A model generated the notes under the pieces. It worked only from the letters and a program-made list of their open reading frames with translations. It had not been told where the DNA came from and did not search any database. A DNA stretch of 64,000 bases from Blastocystis sp. Blastoise (lineage: Eukaryota; Protista; Bigyra: Opalinata), in NCBI GenBank assembly GCA_039096225.1, contig JBBPEB010000015.1, forward strand, positions 1,488,001 to 1,552,000. The letters run 5' to 3'. How positions within the stretch are numbered: the first letter of the stretch is position 1; every line of letters starts with the position of its first letter. The position numbers and the translations under genes are program-made. This document shows, piece after piece, positions 48,801-64,000 of the stretch.

Positions 48801-51800
48801 ATAATATATAATATATAATATATAATATATAATATATAATATATAATATATAATATATAATAGATAATAAATACTAATATATAATAGATAATATATAATA
48901 ATGAAAAAAAGAAAATAAAAGCCAAACTGTTATTATTTTATGCAGCCGCGGTCCGGTGCCGTTAGGCCCCGGACCTGCGGCGTGACCCTAGTAATCATTA
49001 CTATTATAAAGCAAATAGGCAAAAAAATTCCCATTGGTCAGTTTTTGGAAAATGCATTTGATTGGCTAATGTATACTATAGTTTGTGGACACAACTCCTC
49101 TAAACTTACGGGGAGTTAATGTTTGGTTGAAACACAGTTCAATAGGATATAACCTGTAGTTTTGCACCGTATATTTGGTTAAGCGATATTATTAATAATT
49201 AAAAAGTTATTAATAAAAGAACAGAAAACATGATTTTTGAGTCGTTTTTGATTGGCTCTTTGGGATGACCCCGATAAAAATTGTTGACCAGACAATTGAA
49301 AAATAAACATGGGGTAAACTTGATTTTTTCTCAATCCCACAATATACGTTATCCGTGTTTATTCTTTATATTTATCTATTTTTTAATACTTTTTCATATT
49401 GAACACGTGAGGCCTTAACGGTCAAATTTAGATTGTCAATTTGACATCATATTCTGATTCAGGAGGTCAGAAAACCTAGGTGTACCAATTTTCAGCTCCT
49501 GAGAACGATTTTTGAGTGATCGATATTTTCTTCGATCTTCTTATAATCGACTAATATTACAGTATTGTAATTAATAGGTCCTCAAACCACTATAGTCAAA
49601 GCAGAGTCTTAAAATAATGAGTTTAAAAGTGACAATTTTGAAAAATGTGAATTAAGTGGTCTTAGAGTGAGAGATTCAATATAATAACTTTTGTTTAGTA
49701 TACTTTAGATATTACTCTATTCTATGTTAAAAGGAGAGTCAAAATTATGATGGTCAAAGTGTATGACCAAATGACAAAATGTGTCTTAAAAAGTAAAAGG
49801 GTGTCTATATGTGTTTCAAATGTTAAGTCAAGTCAATTCTATGAATAATAGCTTTAAATAAATAGTTTAAGGTTGTCAAATTTAAAAGAATGTGTAAAAC
49901 ATAGTCTTAAACTGTGAATAAAAAATTTAGAGATATTAATTAGTGTACAGTTGTAGTAGCTCTACAACATATCAAAAGTATAAAGAAAATAATTTTTAGA
50001 GAGTGGATGTGTGAAGGGTTGTGAGAGTTATTAAAAATTTATTTTTACGTCAGTTTGAGCAAAATCGTGAATTTCGTGCACTGTAGAAAAATTGAGTCAA
50101 AAGGTCAACTCTAAGGGTCTTAAATTTAAAAAATGTAAAAATGAGTGACTTAGAGGACGAGATTCAATATTTGAGTGTTTAGTCATTAAACTAGAGTGTA
50201 TGAGCTATATTATGTTAAAAGGAGGGACAAAAATATGTTGATCAAAGTGTATGACCAAATGGTAAAGTGTCTTTAAAAAGTCTAAAGTGATGACTAATAT
50301 GTTTATAGAGTCTTATAAAGTCTACTATGAAAATATTAGCTTTTAAAAATATGTTTAAGCCTTTCAATTAGTAAAAATATGTTCAAAGAGACTCATAAAA
50401 TGAGAGTTTTAAGAAACGAGATATTGTTCAGTATACACTAAGAGACACTCTACAACATATCAAAAATCTAGCAAAAACTATTTTTAGAGAGTGGATGTGT
50501 GAAGGGTTGTGAGAGTTATTGAAAAAATATTTTTACTTCAGTTTGTGTAAAATCGTGTTTTTGGAACACTGTAGAAAAATTAACTTCAGAAATCAACTCT
50601 AAGGGTCTTAATTTTGAAAAATGTGAAAATGACTGACTTAGAGGACGAGATTCAAAATTCCCCCTCACTTTCATATAACTAGAGCACACACTCTATATTA
50701 TGTCAAAAGAAGGGACGAAAATATTTTGGTCGAAGTAAATGAGCAAATGCAAAAGGTTTATAAAATGTCTTAAAGTGATGACCAATGTGTAGCTAACGTT
50801 ATACTGAGTATAGTGTGTAAATATTAGCTTATAAAAATGATTTTAAGTGTGTAAACTTTTCATAATGTGTCAAGAAGGGTCTTTAAGAAAGAGATTCAAA
50901 ACATTTGCTTTTATTTAATAAATTGTATAATAAACTCTATACTATATCAAAAGACTGAAGGAAATTATTCTGATACAGTGGATCTTGAATGTGTAAAGTC
51001 TCTTTAAAAGTTACATTTTTGAGTTATTTATGATTAAAATCATTAGTTGAAATTAATATAAAAATATTAACTTTTTAAGTAATGTTTTAGTTGTCAAAGT
51101 GACAATGAATGTTGACTTTGTTATACTTAAAACTTCAAAATTCTTTTAAAAAGTATTGAAATGAGTTAAAATTATTATATTATGCTTATTTAAATGAATT
51201 TTATGACTTAAAAATACTCAAGAGTACTTCACATTGTGACTCATTTCTAAAGTTGTTGACTTTAAAAACTCAAAAAATGCTTAAGAAAGTTGTTTAATTA
51301 TTAATAAATACAAAATATATTTTAAAAATAATAAATAATATGTATAGTGATTCAAAATAGTTTTTTAATTTTCTTTCAAGTATTGTTTTTAGTTTTTTTG
51401 ATATCATTTAAAGAATTTATTTAATTCTTATATCAGGAATTGAACCTGATTACAATCAATAAATGATTGTAACTCTCCATATAGAGTATAAGAAGTGTTA
51501 TTAAAGTAATATATAATATATAATATATAATATATAATATAAAATATAAAATATAAAATATATAATATATAATATATAATATATAATATATAATATATAA
51601 TATATAATATATAATATATAATATATAATATATAATATATAATATATAATATATAATATATAATATATAATATATAATATATAATATATAATATATAATA
51701 TATAATATATAATATATAATATATAATATATAATATATAATATATAATATATAATATATAATATATAATATATAATATATAATATATAATATATAATATA

Positions 51801-54800
51801 TAATATATAATATATAATATATAATATATAATATATAATATATAATATATAATATATAATATATAATATATAATATATAATATATAATATATAATATATA
51901 ATATATAATATATAATATATAATATATAATATATAATATATAATATATAATATATAATATATAATATATAATATATAATATATAATATATAATATATAAT
52001 ATATAATATATAATATATAATATATAATATATAATATATAATAGATAATAAATACTAATATATAATAGATAATATATAATAATGAAAAAAAGAAAATAAA
52101 AGCCAAACTGTTATTATTTTATGCAGCCGCGGTCCGGTGCCGTTAGGCCCCGGACCTGCGGCGTGACCCTAGTAATCATTACTATTATAAAGCAAATAGG
52201 CAAAAAAATTCCCATTGGTCAGTTTTTGGAAAATGCATTTGATTGGCTAATGTATACTATAGTTTGTGGACACAACTCCTCTAAACTTACGGGGAGTTAA
52301 TGTTTGGTTGAAACACAGTTCAATAGGATATAACCTGTAGTTTTGCACCGTATATTTGGTTAAGCGATATTATTAATAATTAAAAAGTTATTAATAAAAG
52401 AACAGAAAACATGATTTTTGAGTCGTTTTTGATTGGCTCTTTGGGATGACCCCGATAAAAATTGTTGACCAGACAATTGAAAAATAAACATGGGGTAAAC
52501 TTGATTTTTTCTCAATCCCACAATATACGTTATCCGTGTTTATTCTTTATATTTATCTATTTTTTAATACTTTTTCATATTGAACACGTGAGGCCTTAAC
52601 GGTCAAATTTAGATTGTCAATTTGACATCATATTCTGATTCAGGAGGTCAGAAAACCTAGGTGTACCAATTTTCAGCTCCTGAGAACGATTTTTGAGTGA
52701 TCGATATTTTCTTCGATCTTCTTATAATCGACTAATATTACAGTATTGTAATTAATAGGTCCTCAAACCACTATAGTCAAAGCAGAGTCTTAAAATAATG
52801 AGTTTAAAAGTGACAATTTTGAAAAATGTGAATTAAGTGGTCTTAGAGTGAGAGATTCAATATAATAACTTTTGTTTAGTATACTTTAGATATTACTCTA
52901 TTCTATGTTAAAAGGAGAGTCAAAATTATGATGGTCAAAGTGTATGACCAAATGACAAAATGTGTCTTAAAAAGTAAAAGGGTGTCTATATGTGTTTCAA
53001 ATGTTAAGTCAAGTCAATTCTATGAATAATAGCTTTAAATAAATAGTTTAAGGTTGTCAAATTTAAAAGAATGTGTAAAACATAGTCTTAAACTGTGAAT
53101 AAAAAATTTAGAGATATTAATTAGTGTACAGTTGTAGTAGCTCTACAACATATCAAAAGTATAAAGAAAATAATTTTTAGAGAGTGGATGTGTGAAGGGT
53201 TGTGAGAGTTATTAAAAATTTATTTTTACGTCAGTTTGAGCAAAATCGTGAATTTCGTGCACTGTAGAAAAATTGAGTCAAAAGGTCAACTCTAAGGGTC
53301 TTAAATTTAAAAAATGTAAAAATGAGTGACTTAGAGGACGAGATTCAATATTTGAGTGTTTAGTCATTAAACTAGAGTGTATGAGCTATATTATGTTAAA
53401 AGGAGGGACAAAAATATGTTGATCAAAGTGTATGACCAAATGGTAAAGTGTCTTTAAAAAGTCTAAAGTGATGACTAATATGTTTATAGAGTCTTATAAA
53501 GTCTACTATGAAAATATTAGCTTTTAAAAATATGTTTAAGCCTTTCAATTAGTAAAAATATGTTCAAAGAGACTCATAAAATGAGAGTTTTAAGAAACGA
53601 GATATTGTTCAGTATACACTAAGAGACACTCTACAACATATCAAAAATCTAGCAAAAACTATTTTTAGAGAGTGGATGTGTGAAGGGTTGTGAGAGTTAT
53701 TGAAAAAATATTTTTACTTCAGTTTGTGTAAAATCGTGTTTTTGGAACACTGTAGAAAAATTAACTTCAGAAATCAACTCTAAGGGTCTTAATTTTGAAA
53801 AATGTGAAAATGACTGACTTAGAGGACGAGATTCAAAATTCCCCCTCACTTTCATATAACTAGAGCACACACTCTATATTATGTCAAAAGAAGGGACGAA
53901 AATATTTTGGTCGAAGTAAATGAGCAAATGCAAAAGGTTTATAAAATGTCTTAAAGTGATGACCAATGTGTAGCTAACGTTATACTGAGTATAGTGTGTA
54001 AATATTAGCTTATAAAAATGATTTTAAGTGTGTAAACTTTTCATAATGTGTCAAGAAGGGTCTTTAAGAAAGAGATTCAAAACATTTGCTTTTATTTAAT
54101 AAATTGTATAATAAACTCTATACTATATCAAAAGACTGAAGGAAATTATTCTGATACAGTGGATCTTGAATGTGTAAAGTCTCTTTAAAAGTTACATTTT
54201 TGAGTTATTTATGATTAAAATCATTAGTTGAAATTAATATAAAAATATTAACTTTTTAAGTAATGTTTTAGTTGTCAAAGTGACAATGAATGTTGACTTT
54301 GTTATACTTAAAACTTCAAAATTCTTTTAAAAAGTATTGAAATGAGTTAAAATTATTATATTATGCTTATTTAAATGAATTTTATGACTTAAAAATACTC
54401 AAGAGTACTTCACATTGTGACTCATTTCTAAAGTTGTTGACTTTAAAAACTCAAAAAATGCTTAAGAAAGTTGTTTAATTATTAATAAATACAAAATATA
54501 TTTTAAAAATAATAAATAATATGTATAGTGATTCAAAATAGTTTTTTAATTTTCTTTCAAGTATTGTTTTTAGTTTTTTTGATATCATTTAAAGAATTTA
54601 TTTAATTCTTATATCAGGAATTGAACCTGATTACAATCAATAAATGATTGTAACTCTCCATATAGAGTATAAGAAGTGTTATTAAAGTAATATATAATAT
54701 ATAATATATAATATATAATATAAAATATAAAATATATAATATATAATATATAATATATAATATATAATATATAATATATAATATATAATATATAATATAT

Positions 54801-55142
54801 AATATATAATATATAATATATAATATATAATATATAATATATAATATATAATATATAATATATAATATATAATATATAATATATAATATATAATATATAA
54901 TATATAATATATAATATATAATATATAATATATAATATATAATATATAATATATAATATATAATATATAATATATAATATATAATATATAATATATAATA
55001 TATAATATATAATAGATAATAAATACTAATATATAATAGATAATATATAATAATGAAAAAAAGAAAATAAAAGCCAAACTGTTATTATTTTATGCAGCCG
55101 CGGTCCGGTGCCGTTAGGCCCCGGACCTGCGGCGTGACCCTA

Positions 55143-55143
<1 letters not shown>
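45832..55143 (+). mobile_element. Head-to-tail array of three family A Helitrons (45832-48991, 48995-52172, 52176-55143)
   Basis: Each runs from TC to hairpin-CTAG. All junctions read CTAG-TAA-TC. Near-identical to copy 2. Confidence 0.9.
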
Positions 55144-55230
<87 letters not shown>

Positions 55231-56151
55231 TAGAAGAAATAGATCTGATTCAATTTCTTCTTCTTCATCTTCATCTTCATCTTCCTCTTCCTCTTCCTCT
55301 TCATCTTCTTCTTCATCTGGAATGGATATAGAAGAATCAAATATTAATAATAATAATAATGATATTGATATAGATAATATGCCTTCTATTATTCCTTCTA
55401 TTATCAGAAATTTAAATAGAAATACAAATTCTATTCAACAAATTAATAATAATAATAATACTTCTCCTCCAAATAATAATCAAACTATAAATCAATCAAT
55501 TCCTAATAATAATATTAATAATACTATAAATGATATTGATTTAGATTTATCTCTTAATAATCATATAAATAATCCTATTATTCCTAATTATCTTCATATT
55601 CCTATTCAAGATAGAATATATCCTTATAATTTAGATAATCTTGATTTACCTACTGGAATAATAGAAAACAATATGATGAATACATTATTTAATTCTAATA
55701 GAAGAGTATTAACATTAGATTCTTCTATTTATTCTATAAATTCTATTCCTAATAATATTCCTAATTTTCCTACAGAATGTAATTGGATATTTCCTTGTAA
55801 ACCAGATTTCTTTATTGGTTATAATGAAATACGAAATCATGAGAAAGGAAAAGTATGGAAATATTTAAATGAAATACGTGAATGTTTTAATCATATAATA
55901 TTAATGTTATCATGGAATAGATCTATTAATCATTCTAATTTAACAAGATTAGATGCATTCACTTTATTCTTTCCTAATATAGAAAAGAATGCTATAGATT
56001 CATTATTACGTAAGATAAGGAGTAATTATAGACAAATAAATAGAGATACTAATATTCCTACTTTAGGTAATAGAAATAATAATCGTATTCCAAATAATCA
56101 AAGATTAAGAAATAATCAAATACAAAATGGTTATATTAATATTAATAATAA
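55144..56151 (+). pseudogene. Duplicated fragment of the retrotransposon ORF (copy of 22529-23533)
   Basis: Same translation, MDIEESN...NGYININNN. Confidence 0.75.
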
Positions 56152-59100
56152 CAAGCGTTTCACGACTGGCTACGCCAGCCTACGCTTGAGTTTTGATAGT
56201 TGTCATCTCTTAATTGTTATATTTTATGTTGTTTTTTTTTTAAATATTATGTTTATTTTTATGTTTTTGTTATTCATTTCTATTTTTTTATTTTTAGGAT
56301 GAAGACTATTTCATATTTTATAAATTATTATTTCAATTGTTTTAGTTGTTATCTTCTATTGTTTAGTTATTAGTTTAGTATATTCTAAATAATTTAATTC
56401 ACACTTTATTGATAATTCCTATTTAACATTTTATATTACATTTTTTGAGTATTATTTCCTTTTTTATTTAGTATTTTTTTAGCTATTTTTATTATTGATT
56501 ATATATATTTATTGTTTATTAATAATAATTGATTAGCTCTTGTGTTTTATTTTTGATCGTATTCATATTTCTATTTCTATTTCTATTTCTATTTCTATTT
56601 CTATTTCTATTTCTATTTCTATTTCTATTTCTATTTCTATTTCTATTTCTATTTCTATTTCTATTTCTATTTCTATTTCTATTTCTATTTCTATTTCTAT
56701 TTCTATTTCTATTTCTATTTCTATTTCTATTTCTATTTCTATTTCTATTTCTATTTCTATTTCTATTTCTATTTCTATTTCTATTTCTATTTCTATTTCT
56801 ATTTCTATTTCTATTTCTATTTCTATTTCTATTTAGATTTAGATTTAGATTTAGATTTAGATTTAGATTTCTATTTAGATTTAAATTTATATTTTAGTTT
56901 TCTATATTAATTCACTTTTCTTTGTTAATTTATTTATAACTGTTTTTGTAATTATAAATTCATTTAGTTTTATAAATATTTTATACTTTAAACAATATTA
57001 TTATGATTATAAAATATTTTTTCTTTTAAAACTTATTATCAGTTATTTCTTATCTTTAAGAATTTATTTTTTATTTTTAATTATTCTATATAATTATTAT
57101 TATGAGAAAGAACTTACTCTTTTGTCTAAAAAATATTATTTATTCTTTTATAAATTTTCTCATATATTATTTTATTCCATTTTAAATTATTATCATTTTT
57201 ATCTCTATTTGTTTTTTTTATTCTATCATTTCTTTTTATATATACTATTATATATATATATTTAATATTTTATTATACCCCTTTTTCGTATTAATAAATG
57301 TTTAATTATATGTAATAGTTACTATATTTTAATACTATCTGATTCAAATGTTTATAATATTATTCTTTTTTTATTACTCCTATTTCAATTTGGATTTTTA
57401 AAAACAAAAAATATTTTTAATAATTAAAAAATATATATTATTCTATATAATCGATAATAACTCATAGAGTTCTTTCTAAATATTTATCATATATAGAATT
57501 TTTTTATAAAAGAAAAAAAGAATTATTTTTAAAAATTATCTATTCAATTTTTATAATGTTATCATAATCATTTCATAACTAAAAACTAAAAACTAAAATA
57601 TAAACCAAAAATTACATTCTATATCATAAATAGATTTAGTACTTTAAAAACTGTAACTATCATACATAAAATATAGCTTCTAAAACAAATAAGTTATCAT
57701 AAAAAAACTCTAAAAGACTTTAACGTTTTGAAATACACATATCCACTTTTATTTTAACTAATTTTATGCTAATATACATATATATTGAATTTATTATTTA
57801 ATTTGTAAAGAATAACTTGAATCTCTTTTGTTTTAAGTCACAATTACAAAAAATGAGTTCTTTTGAAAGACAAAAAACATTCTTTAAACAATAATAATTT
57901 TGTATTTAGTAAAGAATAAACGTATTATACTGTTTTAGAAACAATTAAAATCTTTTTACCCATTTTAACACTCCTATCAAACAGTCAACCATGTTTAATT
58001 AAACTAATTTTTAGTATTTTATATTCTATTATAAGTCTATTTATTATTATTACAAAAAGTGACTTGAATCTCTTGACATAACTATTGTAATTCTAAAAAA
58101 ATAATTTTTTGAACAACTTAAAATATTTATTTATTGTAGATTTTAATATAAAACACTCATAAAACACTCTATACATACTTATTACAACCATTTTTTAAAA
58201 ATAGACTCATTTTAACATTTTGGTCAAACACACAACCACCTTTATTTCAAACAATTCTTTTATTATTATAAACATTAAACACTCTAATACTCATTTTTAC
58301 AAAAAGTGTATTGAATCTCTTGACTTAAGACAGTCAAACAGACAATTCAAAATTATTTTACCCTTTAAATTCATTATAGAGTGATAATATTTTCAGAATT
58401 GTCCTAATATGTGATTTAGGACACATTTAACTACTTTTTATAAAATTATGAGCCAACATGTGCATATACTCATACACTCGTCTAACCCAATTTTGACCAT
58501 TTTTTTGAGAAATGCAATACATATAAGGTCTAGTTTTCAAATATATAAAAATTATTTGTCAAATATGAATTTGATTTGTCAACTTTCTGAAAATTTTGAG
58601 AAAAATGATTTTTCAATTTTCAGTTTTTTAACATGTTATACTATTGACTCTACTGAACTCATTTTTTTATTAATTTCAAATATTAAAATTTATATTGTTA
58701 ATATAGTTTATTCTCTATATTTATTTGTTATAATTATATTAAATAATTAAATATTGACTGAGAAATTAAAACGATAAACTATACCCTTTTTTCAAAAATT
58801 TCTATTTTTATGTTTTGCATATATAATTTTTTTTCTCAAAAGTTATTTAATATTTTTATAATATTTTTATAAATATATAAACCATATGTTGTCTAGTTTA
58901 TAAATAGGTTTTATTTATTTTTTAAAAATTAATATTGATGGAGAAATTGTCAAAACAAACTATAGTATCAAAAATGTTTTCTTTTTTTTAAACAATTTAT
59001 TTCACTGATTAAAGACAATTAAAAACAAATTTATTTATTTAAAGCTTATTTATGACATTTAACACTTATTAAGACTGATAACTGACTTTTTAAAGCAAAC

Positions 59101-60292
59101 ATTGTCAGTATCAGTTCAACATGTTGTCTTAACTTTTGTGAATGAGTGATGTATAGTGTTTATGAATGTTTATATATAGTAATTGAAACATTTTAAAGTT
59201 TATTGAGTTGACATTATTTGGTGTTTTTTCACATTATAAAAAATAATATCATTATTTAATACCAATACTTTATATCTGAGTATTACATGATCATATACAC
59301 AGAAATAATACAAAATTAAATTGTTTAAATAGACTTTAACATTTCGAGATACACTCGACCTTTTTTATTTCGTCTGTTGTTTTGATATGTTATACTATTG
59401 TGTCAGTAGTGTAATAAAATGTACTTAATATATTGAATCCCTTATTTTAAATAAATGAAAAAAAGGAATTATTTGTAAAGTGAGTTTAAAAAGATTTAAA
59501 AATTTAAAAATACAACTTTTATGACTATATTAAGGGTCAATACATTCAAATATCATGTTATTAAACAAAATAAAAAACAAATCTGTAACAACATACAGTG
59601 AACTTGAATTTATATTAAGAAATTCTTGTTCTAATCTAGATATTACACTTATATAATACTCATAAATACCGTTTTAAAAGAAAATAAGAACAAAAGTTAC
59701 GCATCCAATTCTTAAAAGTGTGAGTTTTGACAAAATAAAAAAATGAATTTAGTTTAACATTATATTAATACAAAAATAAATTTATTTTAATTTAAAAGTC
59801 ATTAATGAGTGAGAACGACGAATCACAAAAATAAATATGTTGATTTTTTCATTTTATTTTTATGTTTTTTACTTTTATTTGAATAACTTCGTCAAAATTT
59901 ATTATTTTTTCAAAAAAAAAATTATGAATCGAGTTTAACTAATATAGATGAGTAATAAATAAAATAAATATAAAAAAGACTCTTTTATCAATATAAATTA
60001 TAAATCACAAAAGTAAGTATAATGAATGAAAAAGTAAGATAAATATAATTGGATGCACCAAAACACAATTTTTAATGGCTCCACAAAACTGTTTATGTCG
60101 AATATTCTTTTTTCTTAAAAGTCGTTTTTCTCCTTGGATTTTCAAAATTGACCAATCAAATTTTGAGTATCAATTTTTGTCATAAGTATCTTGTAAATTA
60201 CAAAAAATCTTGCCGTTACAATAAAATGCACCAAAGTTACAGCCATTTGAAATTTTTGAAACGGCTCAGTTAGGCTGCTAAATTAATATATA
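56152..60292 (-). mobile_element. Non-autonomous Helitron family B, copy 2
   Basis: Near-identical to 23534-27592, with a longer (ATTTCT)n tract. Confidence 0.72.
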
Positions 60293-61381
60293 TAATAATA
60301 ATAATAATAATATTGATATTAATATAAATAATTCTGATATTAACTCTAATAATAATAATAATAATAATTCCAATAATAATGAATCAAATGAAATGGAAAT
60401 AGATAATGAAATAAATAATTCTAATAATTCTAATATTATTAATAATATTTCTAATTCTTCTAATTCTTCTAATTCTAATAGTCATATATCAAATAATAAT
60501 AATAATAATCATAATAATATATCCTCTCAATCTTCATTAGATTCTGATATTGATATAGATATGAATTTAAATAATTCTAATTCTAATAATAATAATTCTA
60601 ATAATAATGGAAGAAATAATAATAATAGAAATAATACAAGACCTTCTAATATTCCTACTTTACAAACTAGAATAAATCATAATCCTAGAACAATCCAAGG
60701 TAGAAGAACAAGAGAATTAGAATTAAATAATAATAATAATAATATGAATAATGATAATGAAATGGAAATAGAAAATGAAGAAGAAAGAAATAATAATAAT
60801 AATACTAGAAATACTAATGATAATAATAATCCTAATAATAATAATACAGAAATAGATTTAATATCAACTTATTCAGAAAATAATATTAATAATATTATTA
60901 ATAGATCAAATAATCTTCATTATACTTCTAATGTGAAAAGAAGATTATCTAGATTAGCTTTAAAGCGTTGGTCTAATAATAAAACAATAAATCGATTTAA
61001 TAGATTTGTAGAAGAGAGATTATATGATCATATTCGATGTTACCCTATAGAAGATTCAAATCATAATCCTACTATGACTCCTGAATTAATAGAATCATTT
61101 AATAAGAGTTGTGAATATGTATTTAATGAAATATATAGATGGATATCACAATGTGATAGAGGAAGAATAAATCATAATGATAGATATAATAATAATAATA
61201 GAGATGTAGGTAGTTCTGCTAATGAAGATCGTAATTATCATAATGAAACTAGAAATAGAAATCATCATTTTCATGATAATAATAGATTTAATAATAATAA
61301 TAATAATAGAAGATATATTAGAAGATATAATAATAATAGAAATCAAAGAAGATATAATAATAATAATAGAAATACTAGAAG

Positions 61382-61413
<32 letters not shown>

Positions 61414-61426
61414 GAAATCATAATAA
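60293..61426 (+). pseudogene. Duplicated fragment of the retrotransposon ORF (copy of 27593-28726)
   Basis: Identical translation in the ORF track (60393 vs 27693). Confidence 0.75.
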
Positions 61427-64000
61427 TCATTACTATATATATGAGAATAGGCAAAAAAATTCCCATTGGTCAGTTTTTGGAAAATGCATTTGATTGGCTA
61501 ATGTATACTATAGTTTGTGGACACAACTCCTCTAAACTTACGGGGAGTTAATGTTTGGTTGAAACACAGTTCAATAGGATATAACCTGTAGTTTTGCACC
61601 GTATATTTGGTTAAGCGATATTATTAATAATTAAAAAGTTATTAATAAAAGAACAGAAAACATGATTTTTGAGTCGTTTTTGATTGGCTCTTTGGGATGA
61701 CCCCGATAAAAATTGTTGACCAGACAATTGAAAAATAAACATGGGGTAAACTTGATTTTTTCTCAATCCCACAATATACGTTATCCGTGTTTATTCTTTA
61801 TATTTATCTATTTTTTAATACTTTTTCATATTGAACACGTGAGGCCTTAACGGTCAAATTTAGATTGTCAATTTGACATCATATTCTGATTCAGGAGGTC
61901 CAAAAACCTAGGTGTACCAATTTTCAGCTCCTGAGGACGATTTTTGAGTGATCGATATTTTCTTCGATCTTCTTACAATTGACTAATATTGTAGTATTGT
62001 AATCAATAGGTCATCAAACTACTATAGTTAAAACAAAGTCTTAAAATAATGAGTTTGAGTGTCACAATTTTGAAAAATGTGAATTAAGTGGTCTTAGAGT
62101 GACAAATTCAATATAATGACTTTTATTTAGTAAACTAGACTTATAACTCTATACTATGTTAAAAGGAGAGTCAAAATTATGAAGGTCAAAGTGTATGACC
62201 AAATGACAAAATGTGTCTTAAAAAGTAAAAGGATGTCTATATGTGTTTAGAATCATGTATTAAGTCTATTCTATGAATAAGAGCTTTAAATAAATAGTTT
62301 AAGGTTGTCAAATTCAAAAGAATGTGTAAAACATAGTCTTAAACTATGAATAAAAAATTTAGAGATATTAATTAGTGTACAGCTGTAGTAGCTCTACAAC
62401 ATATCAAAAGTACAGTTAAAATAATTTTTAGAGAGTGGATGTGTGAGGTGTTGTGACTATTATTTAAAATTTATTTTTACTTCAGTTTATGTTAAATCGT
62501 GAATTTCGTGCACTATAGAAAAATTGAGCCAAAAAATTAACTCTAAGGGTCTTAAATTTAAAAAAATGTAAAAATGAGTGACTTAGAGGACGAGATTCAA
62601 TATTTGAGTGTTTATTCATTAAACTAGAGTGTATGATCTATATTATGTTAAAATAAGGGAAGAAAATATTTTGGTCAAAGTGTATGAGCAAATGGTAAAG
62701 TGTCTTTAAAAAGTCTAAAGTGATGACTAATGTGTTTATAGAGTCATATAGAGTCTACTATGAAAATATTAGCTTTTAAAAATATGTTTAAGCCTTTCAA
62801 TTAATAAAAATATGTTCAAAGAGACTCATAAAATGAGAGTTTTAAGAAACGAGATATTGTTCAGTATACACTAAAAGACACTCTACAACATATCAAAAAT
62901 ATAGCAAAAACTATTTTTAGAGACTGCATGTGTGAAGGGTTGTGAGAGTTATTGAAAAAATATTTTTCACTCAGTTTGTGCAAAATCGTGTTTTTGGAAC
63001 ACTGTAGAAAAATTAACTTAAATAATCAACTCTAAGGGTCTTAATTTTTAAAAATGTGAAAATGATTGACTTAGAGGACGAGATTCAAAATTCCCTCTCA
63101 CTTTCATATAACTAGACCACACACTCTATATTATATCAAAAGGAGGGACGAAAATATTTTGGTCAAAGTAAATGAGCAAATGCAAAAGGTTTATAAAATG
63201 TTTTAAAGTGATGACCAATGTGTAGCTAACGTTATACTGAGTATAGTGTGTAAATATAAGCTTATAAAAATGAGTTAAGGTGTCTTAACTTTTCATAATG
63301 TGTCAAAAATGGTCATTAAGAAAGAGATTCAAAACATTAATTTTTATTTAATGAATAGTATGATAAACTCTATACTATATCAAAAGACTGACGGAAACTG
63401 TTTTGATGCAGTGGATCTTGAATGGGTAAAGTCTCTTTAAAAGTCACTTTTTCGAGTCATTTATGATTAAAATAAGTATTTGAGACAACTGAAGAAATAT
63501 TAACTTTTTAAACCATATTTTATTAGTCAAAGTTAGAATGAATGCTGACTTTGTTATGATTAAAGCTTTCTAATTCTTTTAAAAATTATTAAAATGAGTT
63601 AAAATTATTTTATTATGCTTATTTAAATGAATTTTATGACTTAAAAATACTCAAGAGTACTTCACATTGTGACTCATTTCTAAAGTTGTTGACTTTAAAA
63701 ACTCAAAAAATGCTTAAAACAGTTGTTTAATTATTTATAAATACAAAATATATTTTTAAAATAATAAATAATATATATAATGATTCAAAATAGATTTTTT
63801 ATTCTCTTTCAAGTATTGTTTTTAGTTTTTTTGATAATATTTAAATAGTTTATTTAATTCTTATATTAGGAATTGAACCTGATTACAATCAATAAATGAT
63901 TGTGACTCTCCATATAGAGTATAAGAAGCGTTATTAAAGTAATATATAATATATAATAGATAATAGATAATAGATAATAGATAATAAATAATAGATAATA
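61427..64000 (+). mobile_element. Family A2 Helitron, second copy, running off the window end
   Basis: A|TCATTACTATATATATGAG at 61427; colinear with 28727-31300. Confidence 0.88.

Larger units (their letters stand above)
52176..64000 (+). repeat. Near-identical segmental duplicate of 19568-~31300 (offset ~32.6-32.7 kb)
   Basis: Same order: A copy, retro-ORF segment, B copy, retro-ORF segment, A2 copy. ORFs 27693 and 60393 are identical in the ORF track. Differences are mostly microsatellite length plus a few substitutions. Confidence 0.92.

Overview
Very AT-rich eukaryotic (protist-like) genomic DNA with GT-AG introns that often begin gtatata and end tatatag. Positions 1-14 kb are ordinary gene-dense host sequence: the 3' part of an RFC small subunit gene, a rhomboid protease, a BTB/POZ-LRR gene, an Aa_trans (SLC38-like) amino-acid transporter on the minus strand, and tRNA-Phe(GAA). 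Right after the tRNA the window becomes a ~50 kb nest of mobile elements. (1) One long Asn-rich ORF of about 1,950 codons ends in an R2/NeSL-like reverse transcriptase. It has been split by Helitron insertions, and removing the first three insertions restores the reading frame. (2) Two non-autonomous Helitron families are present: family A (~3 kb, TC...hairpin-CTAG, in head-to-tail arrays) and family B (~4.1 kb, minus strand, CTTG end). Both carry related ~245-bp internal repeats and large subterminal microsatellites. (3) A 12.5-kb autonomous Helitron has an intact Rep(HUH)/Pif1-helicase gene. Upstream of that gene is a predicted 28-exon gene whose introns are all phase 1, including 19 tandem 27-nt micro-exons (DSGSKLLTQ). 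These could splice in frame onto the RepHel transposase. (4) A near-identical duplication of at least 11.7 kb lies about 32.6-32.7 kb downstream. All calls come from manual reading; no searches were run.
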